The notes: generated from the sequence alone by a model not told the origin. Positions 1 through 12,500 are shown, counted from the first letter of the stretch. The stretch is 64,000 nt of DNA from Squalus acanthias (GCA_030390025.1 CM059431.1:154754001-154818000); one strand, 5' to 3'. A program made the numbers and translations.

Positions 1-1589
1 TTAAAGGATCAGTAACTCACCAGAACAGTTCAACCTGAATGAGACCGTGTTTATTTCAGATCAAGCCCTGCACCAGAGATCAGGGTGGGGAGATATTGTA
101 CTGATCAGGGCTGATGGTCGTGCTTATAACGGTGATATGCAGCTGATCTTTACCCAGGGTGTATTCATTAACATGCAAACATCCAACGTTATCTTATCCG
201 GATTGTCTGGAACCAGAATCAGGAGCCGCAGCACAAGGTAAGGACCGGAATATACTGAGCACCATTATAGTGTTTTGATGCATTTGAAAAGTTGCAGTAT
301 CCATCATGGATCAAGTAAGAAAATATTGTTTTTTCAGAAATTAATTTACTGGAAGTACCGCCATTTAACAGAATAAAACTTCAAAATGTAAACTCATACC
401 CTAAAATTATATTGGTGCAAATAGTATATCAATATTTTTTATCGTTTATGACACGGCTATGATCAAAAAGTTAGAAGTTGATATTCTTCAACATAAATCA
501 CAAACAGTAACCATCACCGACATCTTAGATTCCAGCCATGGGTGGTTAACTTTCATTCAAACCGTATTGACCTCAGGATTCTAGAGCTCCTTGTGCCAAA
601 CGAATCAAATGACGACTTGTAGTCGAGGAGAGGTATGTTCACATTTCCTCTGTCATTTATCTCGTGCACCTGTAAACTTATCAGGATCGAGGAGTTCAAG
701 CATTACCCGAAATTCGCGTCGGTGCGCAGTTGATTAATAAGTGAGTGTGGCTTGATCACGCTATTTATGAGTCGCTCCATCGCTTTGCTGATCATTGAGA
801 GGTGACTGATAGGAGGATAATTGGTTTGAGTCAGTGTGTCCTTAATTTCGCGGATAGGATATAGCTGGTCATCCAAAATATATCCCTCAAGAGCAAAAAT
901 TCCACTTATGCAGTCAAATAACCATGATAAACATTTGAGTTAAGAAGCAGTATAAAACTAATGGCAGGGACTTACACAAATAGCAGAAGACTGTCAAAAA
1001 TATAGAAAGCAACTAAGGGCCACGAAGAAAATATTAAAATCTGCTTGAATGGAACACGAAAAAAATTCCAAGCGATATAACTGTTAATTATTAAATCATG
1101 TATAAATATATCAAGTGTAAGACAGTGGCTGATGGAAATGTGCACATATTAATGACAGACACAGGTGATACGGAAATAGTTAACAAGGTGATAGCCGAGT
1201 TTTTTAAAAAAGTACTTTGTATTGGTTTTCACAGCAGAGCAAGATGACAAAATACCAATGATAGAAGGGAAACTAAAAATAAATCAAGGAGAGGAACTTA
1301 CTGTATTCCAAATTTTAAAAAATTAATGGGGGAAATAAATGAAGTTAGGATAGATACTTCTCCAGAACCTAGTACTTCCCACCATAGGGTATTAAAATAA
1401 GCAGGGGTGGGATATATACAAACGTTATGTGAATTTACAGAAGGCGTTTCGTGCCTTTCCCACCCAGCAGATGGTCACACTCTTAATGTCCTTCAGTAAA
1501 AAGAGAGTTACTGATAATATGGCAACATATCATATTATATAGTCAAGTGTGATTCCCGTTACCACGAAATCTTCCTTAATGATTCAATT

Positions 1590-2480
1590 TCCAAAGAAGA
1601 GCAACAGTATTTGTCCGCAGCAGAATTTAAAAAAATATATATTCTAAAGTGATAAACTGGTGCATTTTTACGCATTGGATACACTCTCGCAGACCTCTTG
1701 CACTTATTTGAAAGTTGCATTGAGGTTACCTGAAACGAGCACCTGTTGGGCTGAAAACAAGTGGTTGGAATAGAGTGGAGGTGAGTCGCAGGATTCAGTC
1801 TGGGGCCATTTATATTTATATTACTAGTTTGAATATAAATCTTGGTCAATATTTGCAGATGGTGTAATAATTAAGTATTTATATATTTCCTAACGTGATA
1901 TATAGTTACTATTTAGGAAATTGAAAATATACGGGATGTGCTAAAAATGACATTTGAAATCAATGCAGTGTTAGGTGATACATATTTGTAAAATATCAGC
2001 TGCAATCGCACGCTGAATTGAGGTAGATGCGGTGCAATGGAGGAGCTGAGTGACTTAGCGGATTCTGGTTCACGGGACATAAAAGGGAGCACCTCAGGTT
2101 GATAAGTCCGCAGAAAATGCAATGGTACTCTAGGTTTAATTTCATGTTTTATAGAATAAAGAAGTTGAGATAGTAATGTATTTAAATAAACACTTAGTAA
2201 GACCTCCATTGGAGTAGACTGTGCTCCATCAAGCTATAGTCTTCAGGAATGATATTCAGTTCTATGGAGCTTTACATGAGATTGACTGGTGTGGTACCTG
2301 GTATCAGCTAAACAGATACAAATGAAGACTTGGAAAGCTATTTTCTTCATGAGAATCGCACATATTCGGAGTGATATGATGGATGTGTTTAAAATTAAGA
2401 ACGGTTGAGACAAGATAGATAGAAGCAGGCTATTTTCAGCAATTGAGGTATCAGGAACAAAGTAGACAATTAATTTAACG
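1590..2480 (+). mobile_element. Highly degraded CR1 LINE ORF2 (RT C-terminal half)
   Basis: Remnants of GSVLGPxLFI ('ggattcagtctggggccatttatatttata'), FADD-like ('atttgcagatggt') and LVRPxLEY ('ttagtaagacctccattggagtag'). Confidence 0.7.
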
Positions 2481-2815
2481 TTCAGATTTTCCCAGTCTCA
2501 CAATGAATTGAAGCCGCTCCCAAACAGTTCAAATAAAGATTAAATCCAAAATTGAAATTACAACATCACAATTGAAGATAACAGTCCGATGAAGCAGCAA
2601 CTTGACTTGTTTACCGAAACACATTTGCTGATTAAGTTCCAGTAATTGAAACTCGGAGCCTGATAATCATGGGTGGGAACATCCTGTTCAAGGCCGAGGC
2701 TGTAACACATCAACTGGGGACTTTCTGCCGGAGAATATAATCATTGCTCTTTTGTTAATAAGAAATTAACCGGTGACGTCAATTGTACACATTCATGTCA
2801 ATAATGATTAGATTA

Positions 2816-2965
2816 GCATAAGAACATAAAACATAAGAAATAGGAGTATGAGTAGGCAATTTGGCCCTTCGCGCCTGTTCCGCCATTCAATAAGATCATG
2901 GCTGATCTTCTACCTCATCGCCAATTTGTTGTATTATCCGCATATCCCTTGATTCCCTTAATATA
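2816..2965 (-). mobile_element. CR1 LINE 3' end
   Basis: (cataagaa)n tail plus the 3'-terminal motif shared with the CR1 ends at 23739 and 32760-32850. Confidence 0.85.
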
Positions 2966-3177
2966 AAGGTCCTCATACAGGGATTCGAATGTAGTTCAGT
3001 TACATAGAGTTAGAATCTGGGCAAATAAACAGCTAGTGATCGAAAGATAAGATGATTACAAGCACTTAAAGTTTCAGTTTTGTGAGATTACTGTGACCTT
3101 CCATCTGGTGTTGAATCTAAGAAACTAACAGCGATCTTTGCCCGTTGCTATCAGTATTTTATATTCAGATAATAATT

Positions 3178-3936
3178 TGCCCAGAAATTAAACATGGATG
3201 GTTCCCGCGGGGGTAAGGATTCCCCGCGATATCGCACTCCGCGCCTACCTTTTTGCTTGTGGCCCACATGAACTTTAGTTTCAGAGCCTCTTCTTGTTGC
3301 AACCGCGCAGTGTGTGCGTCTCCCAGAGGCGCAATTAGTTCGTGCGACCTCTGGGATCACGTGATTAAGTTAGAGCCAATGGCAAACACCATCTTTCATT
3401 CATAGCTTTGACAGCAAGAGCTGTCAAAGCATGAATACTACAAACCAGCAAAAGAACAGCTAAACCTCAATAAATTAAAAAAGCCATCACATTAATAAAA
3501 TAAGTATAGTTAAATAAATTAACCACTTTAAACAAAATTTTAAATTTTTGAAAATATTTAAAATTCATTTAAATGTTATAAAAATAAACTTACCTTTCTT
3601 TAAAGTCTCTCAAAAAGATAAACCTGTTGAAAAAAATCAAAATAACACTTAATTAACTACTTACCTTTTTAAAAGGGGGTCCCTACGCCTGCTTTCTTTA
3701 TGTGTAAAATCTTCACCACTTACCTGCGCGTTCAAAGCTGATAAAATAAACTAAGTGCGCTGCGTGCGCACAACCTGTAGTGCGCACGCGGTTCCCTTAG
3801 GAACCGCCCCCTTTTCAGTTCATGAATTGCCGGTTTCCCGCGCATGCGCAGTGCATGCAGGAAACCGGCAATTCGGGATCTAATACGCGAGAGTACACAG
3901 TGCGTACTCTCGCGTATTAGGTTTAATTTTCGGGCC
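3178..3936. mobile_element. Non-autonomous DNA transposon/MITE (PIF/Harbinger-like termini)
   Basis: Imperfect terminal inverted repeats 'tgcccagaaattaaac' / 'gtttaattttcgggcc'; AT-rich centre; CpG-rich subterminal hairpins. Confidence 0.65.
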
Positions 3937-4852
3937 AAAGTATTTTTATGGTGATCAATAACATCGAGGTAAGGACACGGAACTGATTCCTGCAACTGAA
4001 CACAATTTCTCTGTGGGGTCTTCTGAACTGCAGATGGAAGAGCCGGGGGAAATTTAATAATTGTTAGAACACCAAGAATTAATGACTTTGGTTAAAGGAT
4101 CAGTAATTCACCAGAACAGTTTAACCTGAATGAGATCGTGTCTGATTCGCTTCAAGCCCTGCACCAGAGATCAGGGCGGGGAGAGATTTTACTGATCAGA
4201 CTGAAGGTCGATCTTGTGACGGTGATGTGTAACTGATCTTTACCCAGTGTATAATCATTAACCTGCAGAACACACAACGCTCACTTACCCAGACTATCTG
4301 GAAACAGAGCCAGGAGCCGTGGACCAGGTAAGGACCCGGAAATTTCTGAGCATCTTTATTGTGCTTTAATGTATTTAAAACGTTGTAGTATCCATCATGG
4401 ATCAAGTAAGAAAAGATTGTTTTTTCAGAAATTAATTTACTGGAAGTAGCGCCATTTAACAGAATAAAACTTCAAAATGTAAACTTATTCCCTGAAATTA
4501 TATTGCTGTAAATAGTATTTTTTTCTCGTTTATGACACGGCGATGAACAAAAAGTTAGGAGTTGATATTCTTCAACATAAATCACAACCAGTAACCATCA
4601 CCGAAATTTAGATTCCAGCCATGGGCGAGTAACCTTCATTGAACCCGTATTGACCTCAGGATTCAAGAGCTCCTTGTGCCAAATGAATCAAATGACGACT
4701 GGTTGTCGAGGAGAGTTGTGGTCACTTTCCCTCTGTCATTTAACTCTTGCACCTGTAAACAAATCAGGATCGGGGAGTTCAGGCATTGCCCGAAATTCCC
4801 GTCGGTGAGCTGGTGATTAATAAGTGAGTGCGGCTTGAACACTCTTTATATG

Positions 4853-5098
4853 ATCATGATGCGGAAATGCCGGCGTTGGACTGGGGTGGAGAAAAATGAG
4901 AAGTCGCACAACACCAGGTTATAGTCCAACAGATTTGTGAAAATTACAAGCTTTTGGAGCTATCGATCGTCCCATGTCAGGTAAAGTTACAATATAACTT
5001 TACCTGAAGATGGGGCGATCGAAATCTCCGAAAGCTTGTAATTTTAAATACATCTGTTGGACTATAACCTGGTGTTGTGCGTCTTCTCAAAAAATTTT
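4853..5098. mobile_element. Penelope-like terminal repeat arranged as a ~190-bp palindrome
   Basis: Arms 'tgagaagtcgcacaacaccaggttatagtccaacagat' (4897) and 'atctgttggactataacctggtgttgtgcgtcttctca' (ends 5089). Empty site in copy 1 at about 770. Family call rests on recall of shark Penelope-type repeats and the hammerhead motif. Confidence 0.7.
5000..5041 (+). ncRNA. Minimal type I hammerhead ribozyme motif (Penelope-associated variant)
   Basis: ttac-CTGAAGA-t-gggg[cgatcgaaat]ctcc-GAAA-GC-T-T-gtaa. Stem I ttac/gtaa, stem II gggg/ctcc, palindromic AAGCTT stem III. Confidence 0.6.
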
Positions 5099-5240
5099 TG
5101 AGTCACTCCATCGCTCAGCTGATCATTGAGATGTGACTGATAGGAGGATAATTGGTTGGAGTCAAGTGTGTTCTTAATTTTGCGGGTAAGATATTGCTGG
5201 TCTTCCAAAATATATCCCTCAAGAGCATAAATTCCACTTA

Positions 5241-6987
5241 TACGATTAAATACGATTAAAATCACTAAGGAATTGGTATTCAGTAAAATAATGGGACTCA
5301 AGGCGGATAAATCCCCTGAACCTGATGGCTTACATCCTAGGGTCTTGATGGAAGTGGCAGTAGGGATTGTGGATGCTTTGGAAATAATTTTACAAAATTC
5401 CCTGGACTCAGCAAAGGTCCCGGCAGATTGGAAAACTGCTAATGTAACACCCTTATTTAAAAAGGGTAGTAGGCAGAAGGCTGGAAATTACAGGCCAGTT
5501 AGCCTAACATCTGTGGTGGGTAAAATTTTGGAGTCTATTATTAAGGAGACAGTAACGGAACATTTAGATAAACATAATTTAATAGGACAAAGTCAGCATG
5601 GCTTTATGAAGGGGAAGTCATGTCTGACAAATTTGCTTGAGTGCTTTGAGGACATAAAGGACAGGGTGGATAAAGGGGAACCAGTGGACGTAGTGTATTT
5701 AGACTTCCAGAAGGCATTCGACATTGTGCCACATAAAAGATTATTGCTCAAGGTAAAAAATCACTGGATTGGGGCTAATATTCTGGCATGGGTGGAGGAT
5801 TGATTATCTAACAGGAAGCAGAGAGTTGGGATAAATGGTTCATTCTTGGACTGGCAACCAATAGCCAGTGTTATTCCGCAGGGGTCGGTGCTGGGTCCCC
5901 AAATCTTTACAATCTATTTAACGATTTGGAGGAGGGGACCGAGTGTAACATATCAAAGTTTGCAGATGATACAAAGATGGGAGAGAAATTAGAAAGTGAG
6001 AAGGACATAAAAAACCTACAAGGGGATATAGACAGGCTGAGTGAGTGGGCGGGGATTTGGCAGATGCAATACAATATTGGAAAATGTGAGGTTATGCACT
6101 TTGGCAGGAAAAATCAGAGAGTTATTATCTTAATGGCGAGAAACTGGAAAGTACTGCAGTACAAAGGGATCAGGGGGTCTTGGTGCAAGAAAATCAAAAA
6201 GCTAGTATGCAGGTGCAGCAGGTGATCAAGAAGGCCAACGGAATGTTGGCTTTTATTGCTAGGGGGATAGATTATAAAAGCATGGAGGTTTTGCTGCAGT
6301 TATATAAGGTATTGGTGAGACCGCACCTGGAATACTGCGTACAGTTTTGGTGTCCATACTTAAGAAAATAAATACTTGCTCTAGAGGCAGTACAAAGAAG
6401 GTTCACTCGGTTAATCCCGGGGATGAGGGGTGGACAAATGAGGAGAGGTTGAGTAGATTTGGACTCTACTCATTGGAGTTCAGAGGAATGAGAGGCGATC
6501 TTATTGAAACATAAAAGATTGTGAAGGGGCTTGATTGGGTGGATGGGAACAGGATGTTCCCAAGGATGGGTGAAACTAGAACTAGGGGGCATAATCTTAG
6601 AATAAGGGGCGGCTCTTTCAAAACTGAGATGAGGAGAAACTTCTTCCACCAGAAGGTAGTAGGTCTGTGGAATTTGCTGCCCCAGGAAGAAGCTACATCA
6701 TTAATTAATTTAAAACAGAAATAGATAGTTTCCTAGAGGTAAAGGGAATTAGGGCTTACCGTGAGCGGGCAGGAAATTGCACATGAGGCTGAGTTCGGAT
6801 CGGTCAGGGCCCTGTGGGTGGCGGAGCGGGCCCAGGGGCTGAGTGGCCGGGTCCTGCTCCTACTTCTTGTGTTCTTTAGATTTCAGGTTAGGATCAGATC
6901 AGCCATGATCTTATTGAATTGCGGAGCAGGCTCGAGGGGCCGATTGGCCTACTCCTGCTCCTATTTCTTATGTTCTTATGTTCTTAT
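5241..6987 (+). mobile_element. 5'-truncated CR1 LINE (RT domain to 3' tail), disrupted
   Basis: ORFs 5273-5803, 5926-6225, 6180-6371 and 6521-6724 carry NYRPVSL, QHGF, YLDFQKAFD, FADDTK and RPHLEY; (ttcttatg)n tail. Confidence 0.95.
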
Positions 6988-8019
6988 GTCAATTAACCAT
7001 GGTAACCTTGTGTGCTAAGACGCAGCATTAAACTAAAGTCAGGGACTTACACAAATACAAGAAGACTGTGAAAATTATAGAAAGCAATTGAGGTACATAA
7101 AGAAAATATTACGAGCTGCAGGAATGGGACACGAAAACAATTTCCAATTAATATAACGGCTAATAATAAATAAAGTATGAATATATTAAGTGTGAGAGAG
7201 TGGCTGATGGAGATGTGCAAGTATCAATGACAGATACCGGTAATACAGAAATAGTTAACAGTTAACAAGGTAAGAGCCGATTTATTCAAAAAAGTACTTT
7301 TTATTGTTTTTCACAGCAGAGGAAGGTGACACAATACCAGTCATAGAAGGGAAACTAAAAATAAATCAAGGAGAGGAACTTACTGTATTCCAAATATTAA
7401 AAATGGTAATGGAGGAACTAAATTGAATTAGGATAGAAGAATCTCCAGGACCTGATAGCTTCCAACATAGGGTATTAAAATAAGCAAGGCGGGGTGGGGG
7501 GGGGGGGCGGAATTGTACAGGCGTTATGTCCAATTCCAAGAAGTATTCGTTAAGGATCAACACGTTAAACTATGAACGTTATAACAGATTTATTGAAAAA
7601 GTAAGTTGTATTGGTTTTCATAGTCGAGGAAGAGGACAAATTTCCAGTTAAAAAAGAAGGGTACCTAAAATAAGTCAATGGTTACACACAAAAGATGATC
7701 GCATAATGAGAGGGCATGGCATTTGAGGCATCTTTTTGACTTGGGTTAGAAATGGTTAACAAGGTAGGAGGCAGAGTGGGAATAAAAGGTAGGCACTGAG
7801 ATTGACAGTTTGTATTAACTTGTGTATAGAAGGTTGAGGGTGATCTTCTGGAGACGTTAAAAATATTGAAATGATTAAATAGGGTAGATAAAGATAAACT
7901 ATTTCCTCTGAATGTGGAGTCAATAAGGAGGATACATAACTGAACCTTAGAAATTGGCCCTAAACCAGTGACACCACACAATTTGCAAAATACCACAAGC
8001 GGAACTTTTAACATTAATA

Positions 8020-8195
8020 CAAAAGCAAAATACTGCGGTTTCTGGAAATCTGACATAAAAACATAAAATGATGGAAATACTCAGCAAGTCAGGCAGCATC
8101 TGTGGTGAGAGAAATAGACTTAACGTTTCAGGTCGATGACCCTTTGTCAGAACTGCCGAACTGCTGAGTATTTCCAGGATTTTCTGTTTTTATTT
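8020..8195. mobile_element. Penelope-like terminal fragment with inverted arm and degenerate hammerhead on the - strand
   Basis: 8055-8097 is inverted against 8153-8195. The minus strand reads agtt-CTGACAA-agggtcatcgacct-GAAA-CGTT. Confidence 0.6.
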
Positions 8196-9356
8196 TTAAC
8201 ATTGGGTCACTAAGCAAAAAAGAATATTGAAGAAAATCATTATCTGACACATCATTGTATGCACCTTTTCTCGAGTCTATAACTGCATTCGGTGATGGCA
8301 ACATGAGTTGTGCTGTGCAGGTAATGTTGGATTATGCGCACATTTACTGTGACTCTGGTTTATGTAGAAAAGCTTTGATGTATCCTTTGTGGTTGATGGC
8401 GAATCGGACAAGCAGCAGGATGGGGCAGAAGCAGAGAAGGTAATCAGGCACGGTGCAGATAGAAAGGAAGGGAGGGGGAATTCAGTTATACAGCAGGAAG
8501 GTGAATGGATGTGAAGAAGATCGAGCACGGAGCAGAAGAAAATGTAGGGAAAGGGGCCAATTAGGATTATAGCAGGTGGGGAAGGAATAATGGCTGCGAA
8601 GAGAGTTATGGGTAGACAAAGACTGCATAACTGCAGGCGTTTAAAGATGCAGAGAGATATTCAAGCATGGAGCAGGTGGGATGGAGAGTGCATCTGGGGC
8701 AGGGAAGTTACGACCGATTCAAACATAGAGCTGATGGGAATGGAAACAGGGGAGAAACAGATTTGGAACCGAAGGCAGGAAAAGGTAGGAATTTCAGACA
8801 AGAAGCAGGGGCAGACATAATCAGTTTGGGAGTTGCAAGACAGAGAAGCAGGAAGGAAAATATGAGAAGGAGGAGACACAAGAGGCAGAATGACATGTTA
8901 ATGTGTATATTAAATGCAAATGCTAATTTGGTAATTATTTTAATGGTTAGCGTTTCTCAGGCTCGCAGTAAATTGAACCCGCTACCAAACTGTTAAAAGA
9001 AAGATTAAATAAAAATGAGAAATTACATCAACACCACTTAAAGTTAACAGGCCTACGAAGCTGCAATTTGTACTCTTTACCCCACGCATTTGCTGATTCA
9101 GTTCCAGTACGTGAAACCTGCAGTTTGATACTCATGGGTGTGAGCATTCTGATCAAGGTCCAGACTCCTACTCATTAACTAGAGACTATATGCCAGAGAT
9201 TGTAGACCGTGATCTTTGCCCCTTGCTATCTCTGGCCTTTCACAGTCCGATGATAAAGAAGTTTTACATGTTGCACTCTAAGTATAGTTTGTTCTTCATA
9301 TTATTCAGTAATTCTAAAATTATGCATACGCGCCATTTTTTTTAACAGGAGAAATA

Positions 9357-11112
9357 CATAGTCATAGTCATAGAGTTATACAGCTCAGAAAGAGGCCCTT
9401 CGGCCCATCGTGTCCGCGCCGGCCATTAAGCCCTGTCTATTCTAAGCCCATTTTCCAGCACTTGGTCCATAGCCTTGTATGCTATGGCGTTTCAAGTGCT
9501 CATCTAAATGCTTCTTGAATGTTGTGAGGGTTCCTGCCTCTACCACACTTTCAGGCAGTGAGTTCCAGATTCCAACCACCCTCTGGGTGAAAACGTTTTT
9601 CCTCACATACCCTCTGAACCTCCTGCCCCTTAGCTTGAAACGATGCCCCCTGGTTATGCACCACTTTACTAAGGGTAAAAGTTCCTTTCTATCTACCCTA
9701 TCTATGCCCCTCATAATTTTGTACACCTCAATCAGGTCCCCCCTCAGCCTTCTCTGTTCTAAGGAAAAACCGCAGCTTATCCTGTACATCTTCATAGCTG
9801 AAGCGATCCAGCCCATGTAACATCCCGGTGAGTCTGCTGTGCACCCTTTCCAACGCAATCACACCCCTCCTATAGTGTGGCGACCAGAACTGCACACAGA
9901 TTTCCAGCTGTGACCTAACTAGCGTTTTGTACAGCTCCATCATAACCTGCCTGCTCTTATATTCTATGCCTCGGCTAATGAAGGCAGTTATCACATAATC
10001 CATTTTAACCAACTGATCTACCTGTCCTGCTGCCTTCTGGGATCTATGTACATGCACACCAATGTCCCTCTGATCCATTGTACTTCCTAGAATCCTACCA
10101 TTCATTGTGTATTCCATTGGCTTGTTAGTCACCTCACACTTCTAATGTTTAAATTCCATTTGCCACTGTTCTGCCCATGTAACCATCCCGTCTATATCGT
10201 TCTGTAGCCTGAGGCTTCCCTCTTCACTATTTAACACTCCACCAATTTTCGTGTCATCTGCGAACTTACTGATCATACCTGCTACATTTATATCTAAATC
10301 ATTAATGTATACTCTAAACAGCAAAGGACCCAGCACCGATCCCTGCGGTGCAACACTGGACACAGACTTCCAGTCACAAAAACAGCCTTCGACCATCAGC
10401 CTCTGCCTCCTGCCACTAAGCCAATTTTGGATCCAATGTGCCAAATTGCCCTGGATCCCATGGGCTCTTACCTTCTTGACCAGTCTCCCATGTGGTATTT
10501 GTCAAAAGTCTTACTGAAGTCCATGTAGACTACATCAACTGCACTACCCTCATCCACATACCTAGTCACCCACACGAAAAAATCAATCAACTTGGTCAGG
10601 CATGATCTCCCCCTGACAAAGCCATGCTGACTATCCTTGATTATTCCCTGCTTCTCAAAGTGGAGACTAATTCAGTCTCACAGAATCATTTCCAATAATT
10701 TCCCTACCACTGATTTTAGTCTCACTGGCCTGTAATTACCTGGTTTATCCCTACTACCCTTCTTGAACAATGGTACGACGTTAGCTGTTCTCCAGTCCTC
10801 TGGGACCTTCCCCGTGGCCCGAGAGGTTCAGGAAATTTGTGTCAGACCCCCTGCAATCTCCTCCCTTGCCTCACACAGCAGCGCGGGATGCCTCCCTTCA
10901 GGGCCTGAGGATTTATCCACTTTTAACGCTGCTAAAACCGCTAGTACCTCCTCCCTCTCATTACTAATTTGTTCAAGTATATCACAATCCCCCTGCCTGA
11001 TTTCTATGCCTACATCACACTTCTCCATAGAGAACAAAGATGGAAAATATGAAATTAAAACCTCACCCACATCTTCCGGCTGTACACACAGTTTGCCACT
11101 TTAGTCCCTAAT
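9357..11112 (-). mobile_element. 5'-truncated CR1 LINE
   Basis: Minus ORFs 10828-11070, 10142-10444 (PQGSVLGP, FADDTK), 9728-10132 and 9442-9858; short repeat tail at 9357. Confidence 0.93.
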
Positions 11113-11437
11113 AGACAATCATAGACAATCCCAAAATGGTGGTGGTTGACTTTGATTGTGGACACATCCCAATTTAGCAATTGAGTAACTCAAAGTAGCT
11201 GCTGGCATCAAACGCAATCCCCTTCATGAATGGCAAGTCAGCAGATTGGAAATCGGGGCTGCTGCAGGATTCTACGTGCGGTCGCAACAATGATTAAAAA
11301 GTGGCAGAGCTACCTCACAACATTTGCTCAATATTTTTGTAAATATATAAATACTAATGCCACAGAATTTTTTTCCGATAATGTCAACATATTTCTCATC
11401 AGGACCTCTATATCTCTTTCATTTCACAGACAAATCG

Positions 11438-11603
11438 GTGTGAAATAAGATTTAGGCAGGGACGTAAATCGGCCTCTATCGCACCTGCCATCCCTGAAAT
11501 GCAATTATTTTGAACTGAATGGAACTGTATGTCGGCTGAAGCTAGAACAGGCGGCCTATGGGATATCATCTATTTCCGGCAAAGCCTAAGTCGAATTTCA
11601 CGC
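11438..11603. mobile_element. Short MITE
   Basis: Inverted ends 'gtgtgaaataagatttaggc' / 'gcctaagtcgaatttcacgc'. Confidence 0.6.
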
Positions 11604-11649
11604 AAGAATTTTCTATCCATTTAATTAATAGTTCTTTCCTGGATTTTTG

Positions 11650-12500
11650 TTCACATGTGAATCACGATGCATTTCTGTACATTGAATTCCATCTGCCGTC
11701 TGTCTGCTCAATTCCAACTATATTTGAATCCTTCTGTACCTTATTCCATTCATCTTTGAAATATCCCATCTTCCTTCATAAAATAATAGATTCATACAGA
11801 ACACAAGACGGCCATTCGGCCTTTGCATCTATGCATGCTCTTTGAATGAACTAAACAATTAGTCCCACGCATCTGCTCTTTCCGCATAATCCTGCCAATT
11901 TTCCACCTTGAAATATGAATCCTTTTGAAATTTACTATTGAATCTGCTTCCACCACCCTTTGAGGCATTTCATTCCAGATATGACAACTCACTGTGAAAC
12001 AAAATTCCTCGTTTCTCCCCTGTTTTTTGCCAATTGCCTTAAATCTGTGTCCCCTTGTTACCGACCCTCCTGCTCGAGGAAATAGTTTATTCTTATATAC
12101 CCCGCGAAAATCCCTTACGATTTAGCGTTGTATCATCTCCAGGTTTAGCACTTGTGCTTGTGACACCGATCTCTGGATTATTTATAAAGATATTAAACAA
12201 CAAAGTTATCAAAACAGACCCGTGTGGGAACTCACTTGTAACATTCTCCCAGGCTGATGACCTCTGAGATCAATAAATGTCTCCCCATTTAAACATGTTT
12301 CAAGTGATTCCCGCTTTCTTTATTTTCAGTACCAGCTTTTCCAGAGGAACTGTCTCAAAGGCCTTACTGAAATCAAAGCGCAGCGTCCATTGCATTGCCC
12401 CTGTTAAGCTCCTTTGTCAGACTTTCAAACAAAACCAGTAAAATAGATTGGCAAGACCATCCCTTCATGAACCTATTTGGGAGATTTTTTACGATTGTAT
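11650..12500 (-). mobile_element. Degraded CR1 fragments, including a 3' end at about 11790-12090
   Basis: ORF 11792-11992 (WNEMPQRVVEADSI) and flanking RT remnants. Confidence 0.7.

Larger units (their letters stand above)
1..3150. repeat. Copy 1 of an old local tandem duplication (partner about 4092-9232)
   Basis: 1-910 aligns by eye to 4092-5240, about 915-1430 to 6990-7530, and about 2550-2750 to 9015-9215. 'gatctttgcccgttgctatc' (about 3133) recurs at about 9211. Confidence 0.85.
4092..9232. repeat. Copy 2 of the left tandem duplication, expanded by later insertions
   Basis: Begins 'ttaaaggatcagtaattcaccagaacag', matching position 1. Carries inserts at about 4853-5098 and 5241-6987 that are absent from copy 1. 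Confidence 0.85.

Noticed and set aside
21..180. Minus-strand exon candidate with a TGA shared by both duplicate copies (DLWCRA*SE), a possible selenocysteine codon
   Set aside because: The copies differ by a frameshift upstream, the acceptor is not conserved, and no SECIS or homology is evident.
8410..8996. Overlapping ORFs in a purine-rich tract
   Set aside because: Low-complexity composition explains the open frames; no motif.
9479..9820. Antisense ORFs over CR1 elements (also 35328-35720, 36064-36591, 47711-48160, 58306-58794)
   Set aside because: Shadow frames of LINE ORF2.
11430..11590. 'RLKLEQA' after an acceptor-like site, as the missing exon A
   Set aside because: It lies inside a MITE with TIRs, and the frame is broken.
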